From the UHGV virus genome UHGV-1370141: a stretch of DNA of 64,000 nt; one strand, given 5' to 3'. The notes beneath the pieces are model-generated. The model was not told where the DNA came from. It saw nothing but the letters and a program-made list of their open reading frames with translations, and made no database searches. This document shows positions 46,667-56,601 of the stretch, piece by piece. The position numbers were made by a program, and so were the translations under genes. The DNA is from a virus. Each line of letters opens with the position of its first letter. Position 1 is the stretch's first letter.

Positions 46667-47918
46667 TTGCACGGAAACGATGCATTTCCAAATAGACTTT
46701 TTCCCAGGGACCGAAAGGCCCTACGATTGCCTGTGCATCGTTAATTTTCTTCTGGTTATACCAACGGGCCTCACGGAACACGTAGTTTTGACTGTCGAAT
46801 TCCGTGGTGTTAAATACCCATTCCCCTTCTTCCCACGTCGGCCAGTAACCAACGGTTTTACCGAAGCGGTTTAACAGATAACCCAGTTGTTTTTCCCCAT
46901 CAGGGTCATTAGGATCTTTAAGGTATAAACGTCCCCAGATAGCGTTGTGAGAAACCCCCACAACTTCTTCTTCCAGATACGGATTATCCACCGTAAAGAT
47001 AAACGACGACTCGTGGGTTAAAAGCGCCTTTAACGTTTCTGGGTTGCGGATACGCTGTACGCTGGTCGGGGATGACAGATCGCCAACGCCGATGCTATCC
47101 CAGTCGTAATAACGTCGGGTTTCTAGCACAGTACGCGCAACGTCAAAGTTCGGTAACGAGACCATAATGGCTTTGTCGGAGAAGTACCCAGTAACCGGTA
47201 ACCAGTGTATCAGACCCCCGATAACAAACCCCACGGTTTTACCCGTAATAGATTCCGGTAAAGAAATCATTAACGTGGAATAATAGTCACGGGTGGTGTC
47301 GAGTTTGTTTAAGGTCAAGTTAGCAATGGGGTACGTTTTAACATTCCCCAACTTACTAAAGACCATGCACCCGATATCCGGTGTCCCTGCACGACGTACT
47401 ATCTTACCCGCACCCGGTAAACGTACACCAACAGTATCCGACTGATGTGGTACCCATTGACCGTTGATGTTGTACAACACCCCGTTACGGTATTTGTCTT
47501 TCCATTTATCTTCGCAAACAATCACAACGTCGTCAGCATCGTCTATACTGAAATTTTGACTGTAGTGATAACCGGGAGGACACAGATAAGTTTCTACTGG
47601 AACATCAGCATTAATCGATTGGTAGTGTGCCCAATCAAACTCTAACGTCGGTAAACCGTCTTTCAACGCAGAGATAACCACACCGGCTTTTTCATTCAGC
47701 CAGTCTTGTAACGTATCGGTACGGTTTTGTAAGTCAGCGAGGTGATATTGGCTAATTAACGTATAGTCTTTACCAAGCGCACTCAGACCGACTTCGAAAA
47801 TATGGTAATCAGAACACAAGGTTTCTAAGGGTTGCGTGACGTCGATGGCTCCCCAGGTACGGGTCTCTCGAGAGAAGCCAAAAGCGCTGTCAGGCCGTAC
47901 TTGATAAGCAGTAGTCAC
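46656..47918 (-). CDS. Hypothetical protein (about 420 aa); start uncertain
   Basis: Listed ORF (46656..48134) would overlap the 5' end of the divergent fibre gene by about 150 nt; an in-frame GTG preceded by GAGGA gives a start at 47918. Confidence 0.4.
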   Translation of the reverse strand: MTTAYQVRPDSAFGFSRETRTWGAIDVTQPLETLCSDYHIFEVGLSALGKDYTLISQYHLADLQNRTDTLQDWLNEKAGVVISALKDGLPTLEFDWAHYQSINADVPVETYLCPPGYHYSQNFSIDDADDVVIVCEDKWKDKYRNGVLYNINGQWVPHQSDTVGVRLPGAGKIVRRAGTPDIGCMVFSKLGNVKTYPIANLTLNKLDTTRDYYSTLMISLPESITGKTVGFVIGGLIHWLPVTGYFSDKAIMVSLPNFDVARTVLETRRYYDWDSIGVGDLSSPTSVQRIRNPETLKALLTHESSFIFTVDNPYLEEEVVGVSHNAIWGRLYLKDPNDPDGEKQLGYLLNRFGKTVGYWPTWEEGEWVFNTTEFDSQNYVFREARWYNQKKINDAQAIVGPFGPWEKVYLEMHRFRARKK

Positions 47919-47985
47919 AGCTCTTTTCCTCAATAGATTCAAGTCATAGTATGAACTCGACGCCCACGGACTATAGGAGTAGATA

Positions 47986-50900
47986 ATGGCTGTCGTCCTA
48001 GACCCACACTTCAAAGAACCGGGGAATAAAATAACCGGTGAAGCGGTCGCCGTCATTGGTACGAAGTACCGAATGTTGGTACCTGCCCACGCCCCTTTTT
48101 TCACCACATCCCTGGTGGTCAAGAGCGGCGGCAAAATACTGACCTTAGGCGACGATTACGTTATTACACACCCGTACGAGACCGGTATGTTGCGCACAGC
48201 CTATCTCGTGCACGGGATGATTTGGATTGTTAACGACAAATACAAATCGAATTTCACGGTAGATTACCACGCCGTAGGTTGCGGTGAGGCAACCCAAGAA
48301 CAGATTACCGCAGAACGCGAACTCAATAAAGATAAATACCCGTCTGCGTGTCAATGGGATACCGTTATCGGCGACGTTTACTTTCCACCGGTCGACATTC
48401 AGTTCGACTGGGAAAACTGGAAAGGTGAACTGGAATTAATGCAGACCATTGCAGGCTTAGGTGATTCGTTAGGTAACGTGGTGAATCGGGTAGACCCGAT
48501 TGCACGTAACACGTTAGATATCGAGCATCGCGCTAATGGTACGGTTAGCACGTCTGAACAGTACGCAACGTACGACAACAAAGGTGGGTATACTTACAAT
48601 ACCGCTAAACGTCGTTTCTCCGTTACGTACAAAACCACCACGTTAAATGAATATTCCCTGTCGATGAAATACCGTATTCCGGCTATTTTTCCGAATATGG
48701 GGAGTATTAATCCGAACGAACAAATCGATTGGATGTTGTGCTATGCGAATGGTGGCGCAAGTATCCTTCGTCTCCAATTAAAACAACGTAAAATCAGCCT
48801 ACGACTGACGGTCGCGTTAGGCAGTGGTTCGACCGATTATGATTATACGTTAATCAACGGTTTGACCGATGACGAATTAAAAGGCGAATTAACGTTTAGC
48901 GTTGTCCGTCAACCGGGTAACGGTGTATACGTTATCGAGGTGACGACTAACAAACAGTCCATGGACTATACGTTTAACGTCGACACACCGCCAGACGAAT
49001 TCTCAGCAGGTTACAGCAAAACGGATGTTGCGAAGTGGCTGAAATACAAAACCAACGTTAACTTAAACTGGTGGGCGGCTGAAAACGATTACGCTCAATT
49101 CCTTGCGTTACCTGGTGCGCCAGAAGCAGACGTAAGTAACGACGTTTATCAGTTAATCGTTAAGTACCATCAGTTAGTAGAGCAACTCTATCGCAACGCA
49201 CCTGCACACGAACACGTTACACGTAAGGACAACCCGCACAGCGACACGTGGGGACCGATTCGTGCGTTAGAATTAAACGGCATTGCGTCCGACGCAGCGT
49301 TAACCTACGGGAAAACCAAGCGACAGTTAACGGACTACGTTAACGCTAAATACCCAACACAGGCAACGCTAACCACCCAGAGAAAACTGCTTCGAGAATC
49401 GGCGAGCAAGAACGTTAACGGCACGATTACAGCGCTCCCTGGCTTTACGTCATTTACTACTGAAGTCGACCCAGTGTCGATGTCGAAATACGTTAGTCGG
49501 CAATTTAGCGAATATTACGTTTCGAACGGAATTGGATACCACGGAGCACTTCGCTACGCTGGAACTAAAAACGGGTTCTCATGTTATTTTAACGGTGTTC
49601 CCGCTGATTTACAAGACATCGACTTTATTGTAACGGGTACAAGAGTTGCAGGCGATAATTCAGCGATCGGCGTGGCTCAGATGCGATTCTACGAGAATCC
49701 GGGTACCGAGTCCGGTAAGTATGTTGAGCTGGAAGGTTCGCTCTCCGGAGATCGCCTTTCCATCCAAGTATCGCTTGGCGGATATGGTGTCGGTACAGAC
49801 CCACAAGTCCGTTATATCTCCAAAGCACCTGATCCGGTGGTGCCTGCTGGCGATTTCACATTACGTTTCCAGATGAAACGAACCGGTAATCTTTTTGACG
49901 TTATCGTTACGGTGAACGGGAAAACCTACAGTGCGCGTGTCAATTTCGTCAATATGGATGCCGAGTTAGAAGCGCTGGAAAACCGTTATCACTTCAAGAG
50001 CTTTATTAATAACGTTGCAGATAGGGTCAGTATCCAATCTGCTCACAACAGAAACTACGTTACCATCAAAAAGGCTCCTGACGTTGTTGACGAAAGACGT
50101 TTAGGCGCTCAATTCGTTGTTGATCCGAAGTCCATTAAGTTTATCGGTCAAGGTTCTACCGATGTTCATGCGGGTAACAACCCTGTTACGTTACAGGCAG
50201 GCGATAACCAGCTTGTGCTATACCCCGATGACCGTGGACTGTTGTGGCGTGGTAAGAAACTCTTAGACCCCACTACGGTAGCGCCGTATTTGCCGGGTAA
50301 TACCGCAGGCGGTACAGGTCTGTTCTACGGTGCATCTACAGCTACAGTGGAACTTACTGGTAGCGGGATTAAAGCATCGCCGTTTGTCGCAACGTTTATC
50401 CTTCCGGTTGCCGAAGACGTCACGACGTTAGCCTGCTGGCAGTTAACGGATGAATTCGGTACGGCTGAAAACCTTGCAGCTACACCCGCGTTAATTGAAA
50501 AACTGGACGCAGAGTTTACCGGTAAGTTAGTTGCTGCCAAGTCGTACATCAACGACATGCAGCTTACCAGTTCGATTACTATCGACAAAATTACCTTTGG
50601 TTTAGGTAACGTTGCGAATACCCCGGACCTCGATTTGCCGATTTCTGTTGCACAACAGACTGAGTTAGACAAATACTCACCGAAGGTTCACCAACACCCG
50701 TCTTCTGTGTTCGGTGTTGAAAACGCAGACACCACGAAACGGGGTCTGATTAAATTCGGTCTGGAAGTGGATGATACCACTTTAGCACTCGATGGTAGTG
50801 TGGTGATGGCGCAGACTTCCCAGATTGAAAATTTGGAGAATACCGTCGGCGGGGTTGACTCGGGTGCGCGCGTTGACATTATTCGCTTTGGTAAGTCCGG

Positions 50901-52311
50901 TAACGACTTAATTGACGTTACGGTTAAAGACAATATCCTGGTGTCACTTCCTGCTTCCACGTATTTCGTTGGCGGCGAAACGTACGACGTGCCGTTGATG
51001 ACGGTTAACGTTACCGAACGTTTCCCGAACCCGAAAACAGTAATTTACGCAGGGATTTTTGTTGATATCGTTGACAACAAAGCGAAGTACATTATCCACG
51101 ACAGCTATAACCAAGCTGAGACGGATACCATGACGCGTGTGGGAAGACTCGTTGTTAATGATCTTTCCGAAGTGGATGTAGTGGAGTTGCGTAACGTGAC
51201 ACGGTTAGGCGATTTCCGTGAGCTGAAAGACCACGTCGCCAATGACAACGCACACATTCACCGCTCCGCGTCACGTGCAGTGCTGGGGTTAAGCAATTTA
51301 ACAGTAGGTGCGCCCTGCTGGGCTTCTGGACTTCAAGCGGTTGTGCGTGGCGAGGCAGATTGGCGCTATGTGGTTGGTGGTGGATATAAAGCACTCGATG
51401 GTGTGAAATACGACCAGCTTGCGTCGAAGTGGGTGTTTGATGCGAAAGGGGTAAGTGATAATGTTCACGGGTTTATCCACAACCTGTTCCCAGTATTTAA
51501 CAATGCGGGGATGCGAGTCAGTTGGGAAACCGAAAGCAACGCAAAAACCGGTACGGTGCTAGAAACCATCCTGGGTTGCTGGAAAAACACCGATGGCGAG
51601 TTTATGCGGTTGTCGTTACTTATCACCCGTGGTTACCGGTTAACTGACAGTAACGGTGAATATTGTTACGCGGGGTTCGGTTTGAACTTCAGTAACGGGA
51701 AATCGGTAGTGTTAGGTTTCACGCCAACGAAACGTGTTACAGCTGCACCATGGAGCACATTACAACCTGACGTAACGTTTAGTCACACCCGTGGTGCAAA
51801 CAACGCAATAACGTTTAATGCAACACTGACCTTAGCTGGTACTGCGTATACCATTGTGGTGTATTTGTCTGCGACGGATAAATACGTAAGCTGTACAGCA
51901 GCAGGGGGAACTACGCAGAAAATCTCACTGAGTGACCGTTTAACCGGGTTCAACCTCGCACCTATCGTTAACGATCCGTATACCCCTATTTACTACGGAT
52001 TAGGGGGACTTTATGAGGACGAAGTGCGTGCTAATATCCGTTCTACGGCAGACAGCATAATCGGGAACAAACTCTACGGTACGCTGTTGGATTATATCAG
52101 CAACTACTCCTCGTTAAATCGTGTACGCGTCGTGGAATTGGCCGGGACAAGCTCAGACCCTGAAACGCTTAATGCGCTAGTGGCGACTGAGTTTAATAAC
52201 AACCTGGCGGATTACGCTGCGTTACCGATACCTCCTTATCTTAACAAGGAGCGCGTAATGTCGTTTATCGACACCAACAATTTAGTGCAGGCGGTAATCA
52301 TTCGCGATTAA
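47986..52311 (+). CDS. Tail fibre/tailspike-like receptor-binding protein 1 (1441 aa)
   Basis: AGGAG SD; N-terminal anchor motif PAHAPFFTTSLVV...LGDDYVIT shared with the next three genes; very large T/N/G/V-rich beta-type protein. Confidence 0.6.
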   Translation: MAVVLDPHFKEPGNKITGEAVAVIGTKYRMLVPAHAPFFTTSLVVKSGGKILTLGDDYVITHPYETGMLRTAYLVHGMIWIVNDKYKSNFTVDYHAVGCGEATQEQITAERELNKDKYPSACQWDTVIGDVYFPPVDIQFDWENWKGELELMQTIAGLGDSLGNVVNRVDPIARNTLDIEHRANGTVSTSEQYATYDNKGGYTYNTAKRRFSVTYKTTTLNEYSLSMKYRIPAIFPNMGSINPNEQIDWMLCYANGGASILRLQLKQRKISLRLTVALGSGSTDYDYTLINGLTDDELKGELTFSVVRQPGNGVYVIEVTTNKQSMDYTFNVDTPPDEFSAGYSKTDVAKWLKYKTNVNLNWWAAENDYAQFLALPGAPEADVSNDVYQLIVKYHQLVEQLYRNAPAHEHVTRKDNPHSDTWGPIRALELNGIASDAALTYGKTKRQLTDYVNAKYPTQATLTTQRKLLRESASKNVNGTITALPGFTSFTTEVDPVSMSKYVSRQFSEYYVSNGIGYHGALRYAGTKNGFSCYFNGVPADLQDIDFIVTGTRVAGDNSAIGVAQMRFYENPGTESGKYVELEGSLSGDRLSIQVSLGGYGVGTDPQVRYISKAPDPVVPAGDFTLRFQMKRTGNLFDVIVTVNGKTYSARVNFVNMDAELEALENRYHFKSFINNVADRVSIQSAHNRNYVTIKKAPDVVDERRLGAQFVVDPKSIKFIGQGSTDVHAGNNPVTLQAGDNQLVLYPDDRGLLWRGKKLLDPTTVAPYLPGNTAGGTGLFYGASTATVELTGSGIKASPFVATFILPVAEDVTTLACWQLTDEFGTAENLAATPALIEKLDAEFTGKLVAAKSYINDMQLTSSITIDKITFGLGNVANTPDLDLPISVAQQTELDKYSPKVHQHPSSVFGVENADTTKRGLIKFGLEVDDTTLALDGSVVMAQTSQIENLENTVGGVDSGARVDIIRFGKSGNDLIDVTVKDNILVSLPASTYFVGGETYDVPLMTVNVTERFPNPKTVIYAGIFVDIVDNKAKYIIHDSYNQAETDTMTRVGRLVVNDLSEVDVVELRNVTRLGDFRELKDHVANDNAHIHRSASRAVLGLSNLTVGAPCWASGLQAVVRGEADWRYVVGGGYKALDGVKYDQLASKWVFDAKGVSDNVHGFIHNLFPVFNNAGMRVSWETESNAKTGTVLETILGCWKNTDGEFMRLSLLITRGYRLTDSNGEYCYAGFGLNFSNGKSVVLGFTPTKRVTAAPWSTLQPDVTFSHTRGANNAITFNATLTLAGTAYTIVVYLSATDKYVSCTAAGGTTQKISLSDRLTGFNLAPIVNDPYTPIYYGLGGLYEDEVRANIRSTADSIIGNKLYGTLLDYISNYSSLNRVRVVELAGTSSDPETLNALVATEFNNNLADYAALPIPPYLNKERVMSFIDTNNLVQAVIIRD

Positions 52312-52321
52312 GGAGAATTTT

Positions 52322-55300
52322 TTGATGAAAGCGTATCCTTACGATCCTCGGGGGACGAAAACCGAGAATCACTTCTTAGAGGAGCGTATCATCGGGTCAG
52401 AAAACAACAACGACCGGGTGGTGATTTTAGACCATCGCCCGTTCTTTGAAGACTTAGTCGTCAGACAACCAGGTTCAACCACCCCACTGAGCCGTGGGGT
52501 GGACTACGAACTGCAATATCAGCTGACGGAACTGGATGACTCGGTAGCAGCCAACGTGTATTGTGGGGTACACCTTATCAACCCATCCATTAAAGGTATT
52601 GTAACCTTTGAAGGACAAATGCTCGGCGGTACGTTCTACGACCCGTTCGTTGACATGCTCGACGAGTTGGTGAAATATTTGAATAACCCAGTCAGTGCAG
52701 ACTGGCTGTTGTTAGACGGTAGACCGTCATTATACCCAGCTACGCCTGCGGCAACGTCCTGGGCGGATTTGCTGAACAAAAAATACTTAGCGTCAGCGAT
52801 TCACGATATTGAGTTGAAAACCGATGACGCTAACCAGCTAATTAAAGATAAATTAGCCGAAGTTAAAGCGCTAGTGACTGCGTTGGGGAAAGAAATTGAA
52901 GCGTTTAACTACCCAGCACATATCGCCGCGACGAACCCGCACGAAACCACGAGCGCACAAATTAACGCCCATCCCGTTAACCTGAAAACACCTGACACCT
53001 TTATGGCGTACGGGTTAAAGTTGAAAGCGTTAACGGATGAACTGAAAGCGTTTCGTTTACCACAGTCAGTTATTGACACGTATATCTCCCACTGGATTTC
53101 TTCGGAAGTACGGGGCGTGTTTAACTGTACGGTGTCTGGAAACCGCGCACAATTCCGTTCGAAAAACGGTGAGTCAGAAATCATTTTTGCGAATGATGGC
53201 TTTACGTTAAAATCCAACGGTTCTGTGGTATTAGCGGTAGGGCATCTGGAAGGCACAGGTGCGGGGCGTTACATTAACTGGCGTGCGGGTAAAAACACGT
53301 TACGCATCGAGTCAACCGGTGACGCTTTAGGGATGAACAAACTCACCCTGAACGGTAACCCGTTGTTGACCACCACAGCGCTGATGGAGTATCAGCAAGA
53401 CCCTGATGCTGGCGGGAGTGGCGGTAGCGATCCTGATGACTCCAAAGTGTATATCGAAGGCCGTAACGGGATTAGTTTTACCGGTAAAGGTTCTCGTGCC
53501 GATCCCATCGTGGGGACTATCGACCCGACGAAAGCGACCACCGCTGAAAAAGGTGTTGTTAAGCTTAAAACCGGTAAAGGCACAGAAACGGTTGGGGTTG
53601 CTGCAACACCTGCGTCATTAACGCCGTATTCAACCGACTTATCAGGGTACGTGACTAAAACGACCATGATTAACGGTAAGCCGATGAACGACGGTTCCAG
53701 GACAATCACGAAAGCTGACCTGGGATTAGGGCAAGCGGATAACACCGCAGACCTTGACAAACCGTTGTCTACTGCACTGAATGCTTCGGTTAGTGGTTTA
53801 GCAGATGTTGGCCACCATCACGACTGGTCAGAGTTAGGCATTTATAAAGCCTCGCAGACGGTTTACGGTATCGGTCGTTACGCAACTAACCAGAATGGCT
53901 TAGTTGAAAACCGTGCAGTGGTACCGAACATCCTAAAAGAGCTTTCAGCACGTTTAGATGTGGTTGCTGCCGCAATTGCGAATGCGAAAGAAGGTACGGT
54001 AACTGATTTTGCTGCTGTGAAAGGTGCAGACTGGCGTTTTAATAGCCAGGGTACGGCAATCTCCGTTCAGGATTTGAAATATTTCTATTTGCTAAATGGT
54101 GAAAAGGCCGACGGTGTCGTTACCGGCGCGATTGACCTGCAAACCACCCCGATGTTTAACTGGTTCTCACCGAACAACCAGCTTGAGCTGACTTGGCCTA
54201 CGGGGAAAGTTAGTAGGGGTACTGGGATTAGTTGGGATGGAATTGTTGATCCTCCAACAATGGGGTTTCAGTCAGTTCCGGTAGGTAAAACCGCTATACA
54301 GATGGGTGACCAGTCAGTTGTTACGGTGCTGGCAAAAACACGGGTCAAAGCTTATCAGAATAGGCTGTTTGTTTACGCCGCTGGCGGTGGAATGATAACC
54401 GTTTATGTAAATGGTGTTGTGGCTGCTACCGGTGAATCTCCGTTGTTAATGAACTACACAACGTCGTCAGATGTTGAAAATTACACAATCGCTGTTAAAG
54501 CAGAATGTAGCGATACGGCTAAGTCCGCAGCGGTACAGTTTGAAGTTTACGATGGCGATTACCCTGTTTACTTCAGTGGCCCTGAAACACACGTAGAGCT
54601 TCTCCAGGAGTTTGTTACCACGCACGTAGGGATTCGTCACTATTTGTACGTTAACATGCTCACAGGCTCTCTATATTCGCGTGCTGAACCGATTCAGAGC
54701 ATCGCAGTTGATCCTGAACGTGGTTATATCGGTTACGTTGATATTGTTGCTGGTGAGAATTACGCGAATAAAACGGTAGGGTTCGAAACCACGTTTGATT
54801 TCGGGAAAAGTGCCGAGGTTAGTGAACACATCGACACGCGTAAAGCGCACGGACTCAGTTCTGTGGACTGGGCGTTAACGGATAACCCACGTTTGCCGTT
54901 ATTAAACCGTGCTATTGCCGAACCGAGAGCGTGTATCTTTAGGAAAGCGTTAGCAACCGGTACAGGCGATGTTTTCCATCTTGTCAGTCGTGGTCTTTAT
55001 ACTTACGCACACAACCAAAACGTGAAGTCCAGTCTTCAGTACGTTGTGATTCCTGAAGGTGCTACACCGTATTGCTGGTTTACACCGTTTAACCCGAAAG
55101 AAAACAACGCACCGACTTTCGAAGGTTCGTTTGCGTTTGACGTTGACGACGTCGGTGGGACGCAAGCCCTTGCTGCTGCGCCGGATTTGGTTCTATGCTC
55201 GTCAACGCAAGGGAGTAGCGTTAAACGTCGCTATCTGCGCATTGACCTAACTGCCAAAGCGTGTAAGCTGGGGATTGGTTCCCGTTCAGATTCTGCCGTT

Positions 55301-56506
55301 ACTGACATTCCGTTGGTAATGGAGGAGTCTGGGGAAACAGCGGTGAATGCAACGTTTAAGGACGTTTTGTTCAACGGTGAAGAAACGAATGCTGCGATTC
55401 TCGATTTGATTGGCTGGGGTGCCGCCCGAGATAAAATCTCTGCAAACCATGCACCTCGTGGGATGATTCGTTACCGTTATAACGTAAGTACGCGTGTGTT
55501 ACGTTTAGCGTTGTCGTTCTCGCAGTTTGGGACGACGACAGTTAAACAACGTCAGTTGGAAATTCAATTCCCGTTCGACTTAGTGGATTATTTCACCGGT
55601 GACGGAATAGGATTATCGTTTAAAGAACTGAGCGCGAAATGCCGAGTAACGATTAGCCATGCGTTGATTGATCCGGTTACGAACAACATCGACATTGATA
55701 AGTATCATTACTTACGTTCGTTGTTTGAGTCGTATTTGGATTCATCCGTTGGGTATTTGGCTGATAACAAAGACGCTGATTATAGTCAGTCTGTGATTGA
55801 CCCTGCGACTTATGAGATTAGTCAAAAATACCGTGCCACGGAGAGCATTGCCTTGCCAACTGGTCAGGGAAGTGTTGCGGTTTCTCACGATGGGCAGTTA
55901 CCTGCGCAGTTCTTTGACCGTAAACTGTCTCGTGGTGCGTTGATGGCGAAGAACAACGAACTGCACACTTCCTGGAACAATGTGTGGAGTACGACTAAGG
56001 TTGCTGCAAGTCGTTATCGTCACAAACTCATTCTCCGTTTTGCACAAGGTGTTGATAAACAGCAATACCGAGTTGCAAAAGTGACGGGAACGATAAAAAG
56101 TAACTGGCCAGGTAAAGTGATTATCGGCGACGCTGGGAAAGACCCATTCTTAGCGTCTACCGATAGCGCAGAGTTTGCTCTGTCAACCAGTTCTGATGCT
56201 GGTAAAGCGATTAGTATCACTGCCACTGACTTACGCGTGGGTCAGGACATCTATATTGTCTTAGACCCGCCAGGTAATAATCCAGAAGGTTATGAACTTA
56301 ACTTTACCTGTTCGTTAGACGTGACTGATGAGCAAAGCACTCGTCAGGATCAGCTTAATGCGCAGAGCTTCGAACTGCGTAGCGGTGAAAAGCAGTTCTT
56401 AATGGAGAAACGCAATCCGTACCATATCACGAGTAAAGCGTGGAAATGGATACTTTCTGTACTGAAACGAGAACTTAACGGGAAGCAGTTAGGGGATCGT
56501 ACTTAG
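52322..56506 (+). CDS. Tail fibre/tailspike-like receptor-binding protein 2 (1394 aa)
   Basis: GGAG SD; N-terminal HRPFFEDLVV...RGVDYELQ; GGSGGS linker; TAEKGVVKLKTGKG...TETVGVAATPASL repeat flavour seen in fibre proteins. Confidence 0.6.
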   Translation: MMKAYPYDPRGTKTENHFLEERIIGSENNNDRVVILDHRPFFEDLVVRQPGSTTPLSRGVDYELQYQLTELDDSVAANVYCGVHLINPSIKGIVTFEGQMLGGTFYDPFVDMLDELVKYLNNPVSADWLLLDGRPSLYPATPAATSWADLLNKKYLASAIHDIELKTDDANQLIKDKLAEVKALVTALGKEIEAFNYPAHIAATNPHETTSAQINAHPVNLKTPDTFMAYGLKLKALTDELKAFRLPQSVIDTYISHWISSEVRGVFNCTVSGNRAQFRSKNGESEIIFANDGFTLKSNGSVVLAVGHLEGTGAGRYINWRAGKNTLRIESTGDALGMNKLTLNGNPLLTTTALMEYQQDPDAGGSGGSDPDDSKVYIEGRNGISFTGKGSRADPIVGTIDPTKATTAEKGVVKLKTGKGTETVGVAATPASLTPYSTDLSGYVTKTTMINGKPMNDGSRTITKADLGLGQADNTADLDKPLSTALNASVSGLADVGHHHDWSELGIYKASQTVYGIGRYATNQNGLVENRAVVPNILKELSARLDVVAAAIANAKEGTVTDFAAVKGADWRFNSQGTAISVQDLKYFYLLNGEKADGVVTGAIDLQTTPMFNWFSPNNQLELTWPTGKVSRGTGISWDGIVDPPTMGFQSVPVGKTAIQMGDQSVVTVLAKTRVKAYQNRLFVYAAGGGMITVYVNGVVAATGESPLLMNYTTSSDVENYTIAVKAECSDTAKSAAVQFEVYDGDYPVYFSGPETHVELLQEFVTTHVGIRHYLYVNMLTGSLYSRAEPIQSIAVDPERGYIGYVDIVAGENYANKTVGFETTFDFGKSAEVSEHIDTRKAHGLSSVDWALTDNPRLPLLNRAIAEPRACIFRKALATGTGDVFHLVSRGLYTYAHNQNVKSSLQYVVIPEGATPYCWFTPFNPKENNAPTFEGSFAFDVDDVGGTQALAAAPDLVLCSSTQGSSVKRRYLRIDLTAKACKLGIGSRSDSAVTDIPLVMEESGETAVNATFKDVLFNGEETNAAILDLIGWGAARDKISANHAPRGMIRYRYNVSTRVLRLALSFSQFGTTTVKQRQLEIQFPFDLVDYFTGDGIGLSFKELSAKCRVTISHALIDPVTNNIDIDKYHYLRSLFESYLDSSVGYLADNKDADYSQSVIDPATYEISQKYRATESIALPTGQGSVAVSHDGQLPAQFFDRKLSRGALMAKNNELHTSWNNVWSTTKVAASRYRHKLILRFAQGVDKQQYRVAKVTGTIKSNWPGKVIIGDAGKDPFLASTDSAEFALSTSSDAGKAISITATDLRVGQDIYIVLDPPGNNPEGYELNFTCSLDVTDEQSTRQDQLNAQSFELRSGEKQFLMEKRNPYHITSKAWKWILSVLKRELNGKQLGDRT

Positions 56507-56581
56507 GACAGGCTGCCTGCGGGCAGTTGTGTGTCCGTAGGTAACCCCTCCCTGTAATGGGGAGGGGTATCCATTTTATTT
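56507..56581 (+). terminator. Rho-independent terminator (two hairpins; ACCCCTCCC-tgtaat-GGGGAGGGGT plus T-tract)
   Basis: Hairpin then ATCCATTTTATTT directly after the stop at 56506. Confidence 0.55.
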
Positions 56582-56601
56582 AAAAAGTAGGAGTCTTTAC
56601 G

